Of a DNA stretch of 64,000 nucleotides, positions 48,834-57,451 are shown piece by piece. The notes under the pieces were generated by a model. That model was not told the DNA's origin. It did no database searches and saw nothing but the letters and a program-made list of their open reading frames with translations. A program made the position numbers and the translations under genes. Origin of the DNA: an uncultured bacterium (GTDB taxonomy: Bacteria > Abyssobacteria > SURF-5); the NCBI GenBank assembly GCA_964607485.1, contig CAZSKP010000003.1, positions 96,001 to 160,000 of the forward strand, given 5' to 3'. Position 1 is the first letter of the stretch. Every line of letters starts with the position of its first letter.

Positions 48834-49718
48834 ATGATACGCAGTATGACCGGGTTCGGTCAGGGAACGGCCGAAGCCGAGGGTATAACTGTCTGGGCCG
48901 AAATATCTTCGCTGAATCACAGATACCTCGACATCGGCGTCAGACTTTCCTCGCCCTTGAACGTATTCGAGAACAACGTACGAAAATTGGTGCAGTCGCA
49001 TTTCGAGCGGGGACGGGTGAATGTTTCGCTGAGTTCCGAGGGGAATTTGCCCGAAGCGAGCCAGGTTGAATTCAACCAGAATCTGGCTCAGCAGTATGTG
49101 GACGCGGCGCGTGCGTTCGCGGAGCAGGCGGAATTCAAAGACGACCTCGGCACGACCTCGATCCTTCGGCTCGGGCCGGTGTGGTCGCAGAAGTCCCCCC
49201 GCCCGGATGAGATCGCGAAGCTGTGGGAACTGGCCGAGAAAGCGCTCACGGCGGCCGTCGAGCAATTGTCGGAAATGCGAAAAGCCGAGGGCGCCCATAT
49301 CTGGGCCGACCTCTCCGACAGGCTTCAGCAGATAGACACGGTCACGAAGGACATCGCCGCTCGCGCTCCCGTGGTGGTGGACGAATACCGTGAGAAGCTC
49401 AGAGAACGCATCGCCTCGATATCGCCGCCCGGCGCCGAGCTGGATGAGCAGAGGCTGCTCACCGAGGTGGCTTTCTTTGCGGACAAAGCCGACATCTCTG
49501 AGGAGCTGGTGCGCATACGGAGCCACCTCGAACAGTTCAAATCGCTGGCCCAGCAGGAGTCCAATGTCGGGCGCAGGCTCGATTTTCTGCTTCAGGAAAT
49601 GTTCAGAGAAGTGACCACGATAGGCTCAAAGGCGCGCGACGTCCAGATAGCCCACGCCGTCGTCGAGGTGAAGGGCCAACTGGAGAAGATGCGCGAACAG
49701 GTTCAAAACGCCGAGTAA
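48834..49718 (+). CDS. yicC: YicC/YloC family endoribonuclease
   Basis: 'MIRSMTGFG', 'SLNHRYLD', 'DISEELVR..SH', 'GRRLDFLLQEM', 'REQVQNAE'. Confidence 0.95.
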   Translation: MIRSMTGFGQGTAEAEGITVWAEISSLNHRYLDIGVRLSSPLNVFENNVRKLVQSHFERGRVNVSLSSEGNLPEASQVEFNQNLAQQYVDAARAFAEQAEFKDDLGTTSILRLGPVWSQKSPRPDEIAKLWELAEKALTAAVEQLSEMRKAEGAHIWADLSDRLQQIDTVTKDIAARAPVVVDEYREKLRERIASISPPGAELDEQRLLTEVAFFADKADISEELVRIRSHLEQFKSLAQQESNVGRRLDFLLQEMFREVTTIGSKARDVQIAHAVVEVKGQLEKMREQVQNAE

Positions 49719-49756
49719 CAGGGGAATGCCGAGGGATATCCGTAGAGAGAACAGAT

Positions 49757-50002
49757 GTGGCAGGCATGATAAGCATTGGATTCGGCGGCGCGGTCATGGT
49801 GGATAAGATAGTGGCCATCGTGCTGCCCGACTCGAAGCCGTCGATCCGTCTGCGCGACGCTGCAAGGGCCGAGAACAGGCTGATCGACGCCACGCAGGGG
49901 CACAAGACGCGGGCGATCATCGTCACTGCGAGCAATCACGTCATCCTCTGCGGCATCAATCCCGAAACTCTGGCGCAAAGAATAAAGGAAAGCGACGCCT
50001 GA
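49757..50002 (+). CDS. remA: RemA/DUF370 family regulatory protein
   Basis: 'ISIGFG', 'LIDATQGHKTRAIIV', 'PETL'; canonical position between yicC and gmk. Confidence 0.9.
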   Translation: MAGMISIGFGGAVMVDKIVAIVLPDSKPSIRLRDAARAENRLIDATQGHKTRAIIVTASNHVILCGINPETLAQRIKESDA

Positions 50003-50006
50003 GAGA

Positions 50007-50672
50007 GTGGCCTCGGAGCGAGCGAACCCCAACGAAATAGACTCAGCCGTCTCATCCCTGCGTTCTCGGCGGGGGTTGATGATAGTCGTGTCGGCGCCGT
50101 CGGGAACGGGAAAGACGACGGTCTGTGATAAGCTGCTGGCCGAGATGACCGACATGCGGCGGTCAATCTCTTTCACCACCCGCCGGCCGAGGAAGGGTGA
50201 GAGAGAGGGGCAGCACTACCATTTCGTCACGAGGAAGCAATTTCAGGAGGAGCGGGATAAGGGTCGCTTCGTGGAATGCGCGGAGGTGCACGGAAACCTG
50301 TACGGGACGCCTCGCGATTTTCTCGAGAAACGGCTGCGGGCAGGCAAAGACACCGTGTTCGTCATAGACGTGCAGGGAGCGCGCTCGATCAAGGAAGCGT
50401 TTCCCGAGGCCGTCCTCGTTTTCCTCCTGCCGCCGTCGTTCAAGGAATTGAAAAGAAGGCTGAAGACGAGGGGTTCCGTGGACCCCAAAGAGATGGATAT
50501 CAGGCTCAGAAACGCGGCCGCCGAGTTCAGTTGCTACCGCGCGTATGATTACCTGGTCGTGAACGACGACGTGGCCGAGGCCGCCGAAATTTTGAAGGCG
50601 ATAGTGACGGCCGAGAGATGTCGCGCGAGCCGTCTGAACCCCGAATCGTCCCCAAAAATGAACACGAAGTAG
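50007..50672 (+). CDS. gmk: Guanylate kinase
   Basis: 'SAPSGTGKTT', 'SFTTRRPR.GE', 'VHGNLYGT', 'IDVQG'. Confidence 0.97.
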   Translation: MASERANPNEIDSAVSSLRSRRGLMIVVSAPSGTGKTTVCDKLLAEMTDMRRSISFTTRRPRKGEREGQHYHFVTRKQFQEERDKGRFVECAEVHGNLYGTPRDFLEKRLRAGKDTVFVIDVQGARSIKEAFPEAVLVFLLPPSFKELKRRLKTRGSVDPKEMDIRLRNAAAEFSCYRAYDYLVVNDDVAEAAEILKAIVTAERCRASRLNPESSPKMNTK

Positions 50673-50684
50673 GGAGAGAGCGAT

Positions 50685-50900
50685 ATGTTCAAGGTGTCAT
50701 CCGAAAAATTGTTGAAAAATGCGGGCGGTCAGTACACTCTGCTCATGATGGCCTTTCAGAGGACACACCAGTTGAACAACGGAATGCCCCCGGTCATCAA
50801 ACCACCGTCGAAGAAGAACGTGACCATCGCGCTTGAGGAAATAGCCGAAGGGAAAGTCCGGGCGATAGAGGATGAAGAAGAGTCCGCAGACACTGAATGA
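50685..50900 (+). CDS. rpoZ: RNA polymerase omega subunit
   Basis: 'YTLLMMAFQRTHQL', 'KNVTIALEEIAEGK'; between gmk and coaBC. Confidence 0.9.
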   Translation: MFKVSSEKLLKNAGGQYTLLMMAFQRTHQLNNGMPPVIKPPSKKNVTIALEEIAEGKVRAIEDEEESADTE

Positions 50901-52080
50901 CAAAGAGGTGGTCCTGGGAGTCTGCGGCGGAATCGCGGCGTACAAGGCATGCGATCTCGCCAGCAAGCTCAGGCAGTCGGGCGCCGAGGTAACCGTCGTG
51001 ATGACGAACGCGGCCCAGCAGTTCGTCACGCCGCTCACGTTTCAGTCGCTCGTCCACCGGCCGGTCATCACGAGCCTGTTCACTCCCATCGAGGAGTGGG
51101 AGATCGAGCACATATCCGTGGCCAAGAGGGCGTCGGTCACCGTGATAGCGCCCGCCACCGCGAACATTATCGGCAAGCTCGCGTGCGGCATCGCGGACGA
51201 TTTTCTCACCACGCTTGTGCTGGCGACGCGCGCGCCCATCCTGATCTGTCCCGCCATGAATCGCGACATGTACGCCAATCGGGTCGTGCAGGAAAACATC
51301 GACCGTCTCCGGGCCAGGGGCTTTCACATTCTGGAACCCGAGGAGGGCTCGCTCGCGTGCGGCGACGTGGGCAAAGGCCGGCTGGCGGGCGTCGAAGCGA
51401 TCTTCGAGCGTATCCTCTCGCTGGTGTGCCGGCCCCGCGATTTCAGCGGAATCAAGGTACTGGTGACGGCCGGCCCGACACACGAACACATCGACCCCGT
51501 CCGCTACATCACGAACCCATCGACGGGCAAGATGGGCTATGCCCTCGCGCAAGCCGCTAGAGAGCGCGGGGCGGACGTCATCCTGATTTCGGGGCCAGTA
51601 AGCCTTCCTTCGCCCGACGGCGTTGAAACCATCCGGGTAAGGACAGCCGCCGAGATGGCCAAGGCCGTGACGGATAAGTCGAAGGGATGCAAGGTCGTCA
51701 TAGGCGCCGCCGCGGTGGGCGACTACGCTCCGGCACGGACGTCGGGCGAGAAGATTAAGAAAGAAGCCTCCGAGTTCACGCTCAAGCTGAAGCCCACGGT
51801 GGACATCATGGCCGAGCTGGGCAGGCGCAAGGGCAGACGGGTTCTGGTCGGGTTCTCGGTTGAAACTCGCGACCTGATACAAAACTCGATAGAGAAGCTG
51901 AAATCAAAGCATCTCGACATGATAGTGTGTAATGACGTCACCCAGACGGGGGCCGGCTTCGCGACCGATACGAACATAGTAACGATTCTCGACAAGAAAG
52001 GCCGCTCCGAGAAATTGCCCCGGCTGACCAAGCTGGAAACAGCCCACAGAGTTCTTGACAGAATCCGCGCACTCCTGTGA
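50872..52080 (+). CDS. coaBC: Bifunctional phosphopantothenoylcysteine decarboxylase/synthase
   Basis: 'GGIAAYK', 'PATANII', 'PAMN', 'ACGDVGKGRL', 'TAGPT..DPVRYI.N.STGKMG'. Confidence 0.97.
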   Translation: MKKSPQTLNDKEVVLGVCGGIAAYKACDLASKLRQSGAEVTVVMTNAAQQFVTPLTFQSLVHRPVITSLFTPIEEWEIEHISVAKRASVTVIAPATANIIGKLACGIADDFLTTLVLATRAPILICPAMNRDMYANRVVQENIDRLRARGFHILEPEEGSLACGDVGKGRLAGVEAIFERILSLVCRPRDFSGIKVLVTAGPTHEHIDPVRYITNPSTGKMGYALAQAARERGADVILISGPVSLPSPDGVETIRVRTAAEMAKAVTDKSKGCKVVIGAAAVGDYAPARTSGEKIKKEASEFTLKLKPTVDIMAELGRRKGRRVLVGFSVETRDLIQNSIEKLKSKHLDMIVCNDVTQTGAGFATDTNIVTILDKKGRSEKLPRLTKLETAHRVLDRIRALL

Positions 52081-52119
52081 CCCGTTGTCTGCCATCCACA
52101 TAATAAAAGAACCCGGTCG

Positions 52120-53568
52120 ATGAACGTCCCATCCTTCCAATCGAACTCTGGTCGGCTCGGCAGATTCGTCGCCTCAAGGGCAGGCGTGGTTGCCGCCTGT
52201 GTATTCATCATCGCACTGGACTTCGTTCTCTTCCGCAAATCGCTGAGCCTCTATTTCATCCAGGACGATTTCTGGTACCTGTGGCTGACCAGCGACCAGA
52301 GCATCCGCGGGTTCGCAAAACTGTTCACGACACCGACCCCCTTCTATCGTCCGATATCGAATTCCTTGTATTTCTTTTTCATGCAATTGGTCTTCGGCGT
52401 CAATCCCCTCCCCTACCATGTGGCCAACCTGCTTGCCCACGCCTTCAATTCGCTGGCCGTCGGCTACCTGGTGTATCTTCTGACCGAAAATCGGGCGCTG
52501 GCGTTCGTGTCGTCCGTCATATTCACCTCACGGGTGGGGCACGTCATCGCTGTGTACTGGATTTGCGTGACCACCCAGAGCTGGCCTCTGATGTTCTTCC
52601 TGATTTCGTTGATATTGTACATTCACTATCACAGAAGCGCGCGGCCCGGCTTGCTCGCCGGTTCCTATTTCTGCTTCGCCCTCTGCGCCTTCTCCAACAT
52701 AAACGGCCCGACGCTCGTGTTGCTCATTACCTTGTACGACCTGCTGATGCGTGAGGGGCGCTCGCTCCTGTCCATTGCCAGGCGGGAAGCCGGTTTCTAT
52801 GCGATAGTCCTGGTGTTTCTGATTCTGCAATTCGTCATATTCAAATATCCCGAGCACGGCGAATATCACGTCAGCGCCGGGCCGGCGGCGCTGAAAGTTT
52901 TCGGTATCATAAACGTGTACGCGTTCAATCTCCTGTACCTGATAAGTTATCTCACCGACGGTCCGGCCTGGATGGTCGCGGTGAGCATCCTGGTGGGGCT
53001 TGCCGTCATCTCGTTCGCGCTGCTTGCGTTCATCAGAGCCGCGAGAAGAAAGCAGTCGTCGCAGGGACGGCTCTATCTCTTCTTCGGGTTCTGGTACATC
53101 TGGGGTTTCGCGCCCCACCTTGGCTTGACCGGGCACATATGGCCGCAGTACATCACAGTCGCGGCCGTGGGCTTGTCGTTTCTTCTCGCCAGCCTGCTGG
53201 TGAGGTTCCTGAGGCCCAAAGCCCTGGCGGCGGCGCTCTGCCTGATTCTGGCGCTCTCGTTTTTCTCCGTAAGACTGTTCGAAAAAGAGGAATACGATGC
53301 CAAGGGAATAATATACAAATCGGAGCTGGCTCGGAACATAATTTCCGACCTCCGGGAAGACCTGAAGCGCGACCCGGGCGTCGAAACGATCATCATCCTC
53401 AACGGCCAGGTCGAGCTTTGGTGGATTCTGCGTTACGGAAGGAACGCCGAGGTGTTCGTGGACAAGTTCAGGCCGATATTTTATCTCTACTCGGCCGACG
53501 GGGCGACGACGGATTCCTCCACGCTCGTTCTGCGATACGACAACATGCATCTGTACGTAGTGCGCTGA
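52120..53568 (+). CDS. Polytopic membrane protein, putative GT-C (PMT-like) glycosyltransferase
   Basis: 'YFIQDDF', 'FYRP', 'YHVANLLAH' and about 11 TMs. Confidence 0.7.
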   Translation: MNVPSFQSNSGRLGRFVASRAGVVAACVFIIALDFVLFRKSLSLYFIQDDFWYLWLTSDQSIRGFAKLFTTPTPFYRPISNSLYFFFMQLVFGVNPLPYHVANLLAHAFNSLAVGYLVYLLTENRALAFVSSVIFTSRVGHVIAVYWICVTTQSWPLMFFLISLILYIHYHRSARPGLLAGSYFCFALCAFSNINGPTLVLLITLYDLLMREGRSLLSIARREAGFYAIVLVFLILQFVIFKYPEHGEYHVSAGPAALKVFGIINVYAFNLLYLISYLTDGPAWMVAVSILVGLAVISFALLAFIRAARRKQSSQGRLYLFFGFWYIWGFAPHLGLTGHIWPQYITVAAVGLSFLLASLLVRFLRPKALAAALCLILALSFFSVRLFEKEEYDAKGIIYKSELARNIISDLREDLKRDPGVETIIILNGQVELWWILRYGRNAEVFVDKFRPIFYLYSADGATTDSSTLVLRYDNMHLYVVR

Positions 53569-53593
53569 CGACTCACTTTCATGGAGGCGGCGA

Positions 53594-54724
53594 ATGATGG
53601 AACTGACGAGGAGGGGCTTCATCGGCAGAGCCGCCATAGCGGCGGCATGTGCCGCAAGCTGCGGATGTGCGCTGACCGCGTGCGGGGGAATGAAACGCGC
53701 CGAAGTCGGCCCCGGCGGACCCGAATTCGAGACAATCCCGAGCGTGCCCGACGAACTTGTCGAAGTCCTCTATTACGCCTCGCTCGCGCCAAGCGGACAT
53801 AACGCACAGCCGTGGTACGTGAAGGTAGTGGATGAGAATACATGGATCATCGGCTCGGATCCCCTGCGAAGGCTGCCGGCCGTGGATCCGAACAATCGAG
53901 AAGCCCTGCTGTCCATCGGCACATTTGTCGAGAATCTCTCGCTCGCAGCCGGAGCCAAAGGGTATGAGACAAACATGGAAGTGTTGGCCGCCAGCCCGTC
54001 CGACGAAGAGGTGCTCAGAGTCTCATTACAAAAGGCAAATCCAACCGGATATCCGCTGAATCGGCTTCTGACCAGAAGGACGACGAGGGGAGGCCATCGT
54101 GTGACCGAGCTGAGAAGCGATGATGTCAAGTCATTGTCGGAACCTCTGGAAGGCCGCCTCTTCTATTTTCCTCGCGGCTCAGACCATTCCAATTGTATTG
54201 CCGAGGGCACGGTCGAAGCCTTCCGCGCGCAGACCTATCGCGATGAGGCACAGTCTGAGCTTGCCGAATGGATACGATTCAGCAACAGAGATGCGAGGCA
54301 GCACAGAGACGGACTGACGACCGAAAGCATGGAAATCGGCGGCCTGGCCGGCTGGTATGTTCGAAACTTCATGGATAAGACCAACGTGATGAAAAAGAGT
54401 TTCAGGGAGCAAGGAATAAAGGGCACGGCCAAGATCGCTCATGAGGGTGGCGGATGGTTTGTAATAACCAGCAAAGGGAATAGCGTGGCCGACCTGGTCG
54501 AAACAGGGCGAGTGGTTGAGAGGATGTGGCTCACCGCCAGGGAACGCATGATTGCCATTCATCCCATGACGCAGATGCTCGAGGAAAAAGAATGGCTGGA
54601 CGAAATCGCCTCGGAGCACGACCCCGGCATGATTCCCCAGTTCATTCTTCGGGTCGGATACCTGGATTCGTATCCAGCGCCCGTCTCTCTTCGCCGCCCC
54701 GTGAGCTGGTTCCTGCGAACGTAG
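53594..54724 (+). CDS. Acg-type nitroreductase family protein with Tat/lipoprotein signal
   Basis: 'TRRGFI' + 'LTAC'; 'APSGHNAQPW', 'RRTTR', 'PQFILRVGY', 'RRPV'. Confidence 0.85.
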   Translation: MMELTRRGFIGRAAIAAACAASCGCALTACGGMKRAEVGPGGPEFETIPSVPDELVEVLYYASLAPSGHNAQPWYVKVVDENTWIIGSDPLRRLPAVDPNNREALLSIGTFVENLSLAAGAKGYETNMEVLAASPSDEEVLRVSLQKANPTGYPLNRLLTRRTTRGGHRVTELRSDDVKSLSEPLEGRLFYFPRGSDHSNCIAEGTVEAFRAQTYRDEAQSELAEWIRFSNRDARQHRDGLTTESMEIGGLAGWYVRNFMDKTNVMKKSFREQGIKGTAKIAHEGGGWFVITSKGNSVADLVETGRVVERMWLTARERMIAIHPMTQMLEEKEWLDEIASEHDPGMIPQFILRVGYLDSYPAPVSLRRPVSWFLRT

Positions 54725-54936
54725 TCCTGCGATTCGACCCCATGCATCTGCACGCGGCCCGCTGACAGCGGGCTCTCGTCCCTGCGGACCACGTCGGAAC
54801 AACTCCCCCGCCCGGTGTCAGGATTCTTTACAAGCTGTAAGAATTTCCGGCAGTCACCCCGCCGGTCTTTTGCATCCCATCCCTGAAAAACCGCCGTTTT
54901 GACGCTGCTCAGTTGCCTGTTTGACCCCATCCGCAC

Positions 54937-54953
54937 TCGGCACAGTATTTGCT
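54937..54953 (+). promoter_or_regulatory. sigma54 (-24/-12) promoter
   Basis: TCGGCAC-AGTAT-TTGCT (GG-N10-GC), with a TTACA-agc-TGTAA palindrome about 100 bp upstream (54828-54840). Confidence 0.65.
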
Positions 54954-55032
54954 CATCCTCCCTCACGCACAGGGCATCGGTCACAGGGGGAGGTCTCCTG
55001 CATGGGCTGGAGGCTCGATTAGAAGGAGAGAG

Positions 55033-55359
55033 ATGATGGGGGAATACGGAAAGCAGTTTTTCGACCAATGTCTCATGGCAATCGTCTCGGAACTCGTCCG
55101 GGCGGAGGAAAAGCATCCCGACTGGCCCGACGACGTGGCCGATGCCGCAAAGATCGTTTCCGATCAGGCGGTGGGGCTCGTGTCGGCCTCGGCCGACTTC
55201 CGCGACGGAACCGAAAGGGACGACGCGCGGATTCTGGAAGAAGCGCTCCAGACCGGAGCAATGGCGCTGAGGTTCTTGTTGAACATGCACCCTGCGCCAC
55301 GGTACGAAATGGCCGCAATCGAAGAATGGGAGATGTACGAGCCTCAGTTGCTCGATTGA
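55033..55359 (+). CDS. Small all-alpha protein, MazG/NTP-pyrophosphatase-like fold (degenerate)
   Basis: RBS AAGGAG; 'ELVRAEEKHPDWPDD...EEALQTGAMALRF'. Confidence 0.55.
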   Translation: MMGEYGKQFFDQCLMAIVSELVRAEEKHPDWPDDVADAAKIVSDQAVGLVSASADFRDGTERDDARILEEALQTGAMALRFLLNMHPAPRYEMAAIEEWEMYEPQLLD

Positions 55360-55373
55360 AGGAAGCGATAAGG

Positions 55374-55676
55374 ATGAAACTACCGGCTCAAGTCAAACTC
55401 ATGTTGGAACTGCATAAGTTGGAGACCAATGGCAACGGTGTCGATAGGGCCCGGGCCTTCAAGAAGCTGGAGAAGCGCCTGGACCCCGACCTCCTGAAAC
55501 ACTATTGCAGGCTGAAAGAGAGAAAGGGCAGAGGAACCGCGGTACTGAAAGATAGAGCGTGCAGCGAATGCATGATCATCTATCCGGAAACTCACGAGAT
55601 CCTCCGCTACAAGAACTCCGTCCGACTCTGTGAGTTTTGCGGAAGGCTTCTCGTAATCGCCGAAGAGGCGGCCTGA
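55374..55676 (+). CDS. Short C4 zinc-ribbon protein (zf-RING_7/DUF164-like)
   Basis: 'LLKHYCRLKERKGRGTAVLKDRACSEC...VRLCEFCGRLL'. Confidence 0.75.
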   Translation: MKLPAQVKLMLELHKLETNGNGVDRARAFKKLEKRLDPDLLKHYCRLKERKGRGTAVLKDRACSECMIIYPETHEILRYKNSVRLCEFCGRLLVIAEEAA

Positions 55677-55771
55677 CCCACACCGGCGAGGCCATCGCCC
55701 GTGTTCTCAGAATGAGAGCACATTCGCCGCGTCTTTCCGAGCTCGGCTTCCGTTAAGAGATAGACCCGCCC

Positions 55772-55814
55772 AAAAAAGGCTTGTGACGGCGGCAACGAGC
55801 CACTGGCACAAGCC
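55772..55814 (-). terminator. Intrinsic terminator downstream of the tRNA-Pro 3' end
   Basis: GGCTTGTG...CACAAGCC followed by T6 on the minus strand. Confidence 0.6.
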
Positions 55815-55833
55815 GGCGTTCGTCACGATGAAT

Positions 55834-55865
55834 TGGTCGGGGCGACTGGATTTGAACCAGCGACC
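55834..55865 (-). mobile_element. tRNA-Pro 3' fragment (att site / genomic island boundary)
   Basis: Minus strand reads GGTCGCTGGTTCAAATCCAGTCGCCCCGACCA (T-arm, acceptor strand, CCA); no anticodon or D arm upstream. Confidence 0.85.
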
Positions 55866-56832
55866 AGCAAAGCGCAAACTATTGAAAATAAAGAGGGTTC
55901 TGAGCCCCGCCTGCCGGATGCTAACGAATATGCTAAAGTCTTCGTCGAGGCTCTCGCTGAGAGGCTTGCAGAAGCATGGAACAAGCTCTCCCCGGACATT
56001 CGGGATGCGGTAATCAATCTCCTTGATAAGGTTCTTCAACAGACATAATCGAAGAGGGTCGGAGAGGGTGGGTGGTGTACATCTTGGAAAGTGCAATTTC
56101 GGTCTCGATGTTGCACACTATCTATCCGCTATCGTTAAAGGAACCTCTCTTAGCAGGGGTGGAGTGCGAATACTAATCCCGCCAGACCCTTTCTCTGATC
56201 CATTTTTCCCAAACCTGCCCCGCGAAACCTTTCAAGAAGGATGAAATTCATAAAGGCGTCGTATGGCGTGTGCATCGATAACAGGTTTTCGGACCCTCGT
56301 CAACTAGACAAGTTCGTGATGAAAGTGTTGACTGCTACTTTGACGGAAGTAAGTGTGGTTATGGGAGGGAAGCTGCACTTATAAATAGGCGCTTACGCTA
56401 AGTGATCCTGGCTTTAGCTTGTCAAGTGTGTAGGTCTGACCCCGTTACTTCCCCGGGAGAGAGAGCCATGACCTGAATGACATTATTCCATCTCCGAATG
56501 AGACCCCATAGGTTTCGCCTGCAAAAACAGTATATCATGGGCGACACCTATCCCATTCACTCTGCACGGGGTCTTTGCATCCTTTGCGGCATGATTTCTT
56601 GAAAGAACAAATCGGCTTTTGCGTCTGCGGTCAACAATCAAAACTTTGCTTCCCGGCATTTCTCTGCGACTTGGTGTCTTTGCGCGAGGCAATCTTCTTT
56701 TTTGATTGCGGCTTCGCCACGCTGCGCATCCACGAGCGCACGATTGCCTGTTTCCAATCCGAAATATTTTTTTCTTGACAGAGACCGCCGCTCTGGTATA
56801 TGAGTATATGCGCGTAAAGGAGGGGATACGCT

Positions 56833-57447
56833 TTGTCGGATCAGACTGCCGCAACAATCGGAAAGAGGCTTATGCACGCCCGCGAGTCGATGCGGCTCAC
56901 ACTCCAGCAACTCTCCCGCCTATCTGGTGTCGCCCCGAGCACCATTCAGAAAATTGAAGCGGGCACCATGATGCCGTCCGTCGCAGTCATGATGAAGATC
57001 GCGCGCGGGCTCCACAAGAAGATAGGCTTTTTCCTTGACGAGGACGAATCGAGCGTCGAGGTTGCAGTGGTCCGCAAGCGCGACCGCACACGGGCGAGCA
57101 TGCAGGAGAGCGGCTATTCGGTGCAAAGCCTTTCGGCGGAACTTCTCGATGCGGAGATAAACGGTTTTATCCTTGTTGTGCCGCCAGGCGGAAACAGCGG
57201 TGAGGAACCGCTCCACCATCGCGGCGACGAATTGGTGTATTGCGTACGCGGCAGAGTGACATTCACTGTGGGCGGTAAGGATTATGCAGTCGGCGCCGGG
57301 GACAGCTTGCATTTCAAGTCGGAACTCCCTCACTCGTGGAAGAATTCCGGCCGCTCGAATGCGGAGCTGGTCATTGTCTGTTCGCTGCCTGCGCTCGCAG
57401 AGAAATCGGTCTTTCGGCAAGGCGCAAGCTTGAGCCGAAGGAGGTGA
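56833..57447 (+). CDS. XRE-family HTH + cupin transcriptional regulator
   Basis: RBS AAGGAGG, TTG start; 'IGKRL..R..TLQQLS..SGVA.STIQKIE..PS'; cupin 'HRGDELVYC..GDSLHFKS..PH'. Confidence 0.92.
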   Translation: MSDQTAATIGKRLMHARESMRLTLQQLSRLSGVAPSTIQKIEAGTMMPSVAVMMKIARGLHKKIGFFLDEDESSVEVAVVRKRDRTRASMQESGYSVQSLSAELLDAEINGFILVVPPGGNSGEEPLHHRGDELVYCVRGRVTFTVGGKDYAVGAGDSLHFKSELPHSWKNSGRSNAELVIVCSLPALAEKSVFRQGASLSRRR

Positions 57448-57451
57448 CTGA

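Noticed and set aside
55834-55910. Intact tRNA-Pro gene
   Set aside because: Only the T-arm and 3' acceptor strand are present; the adjacent sequence cannot form anticodon or D arms
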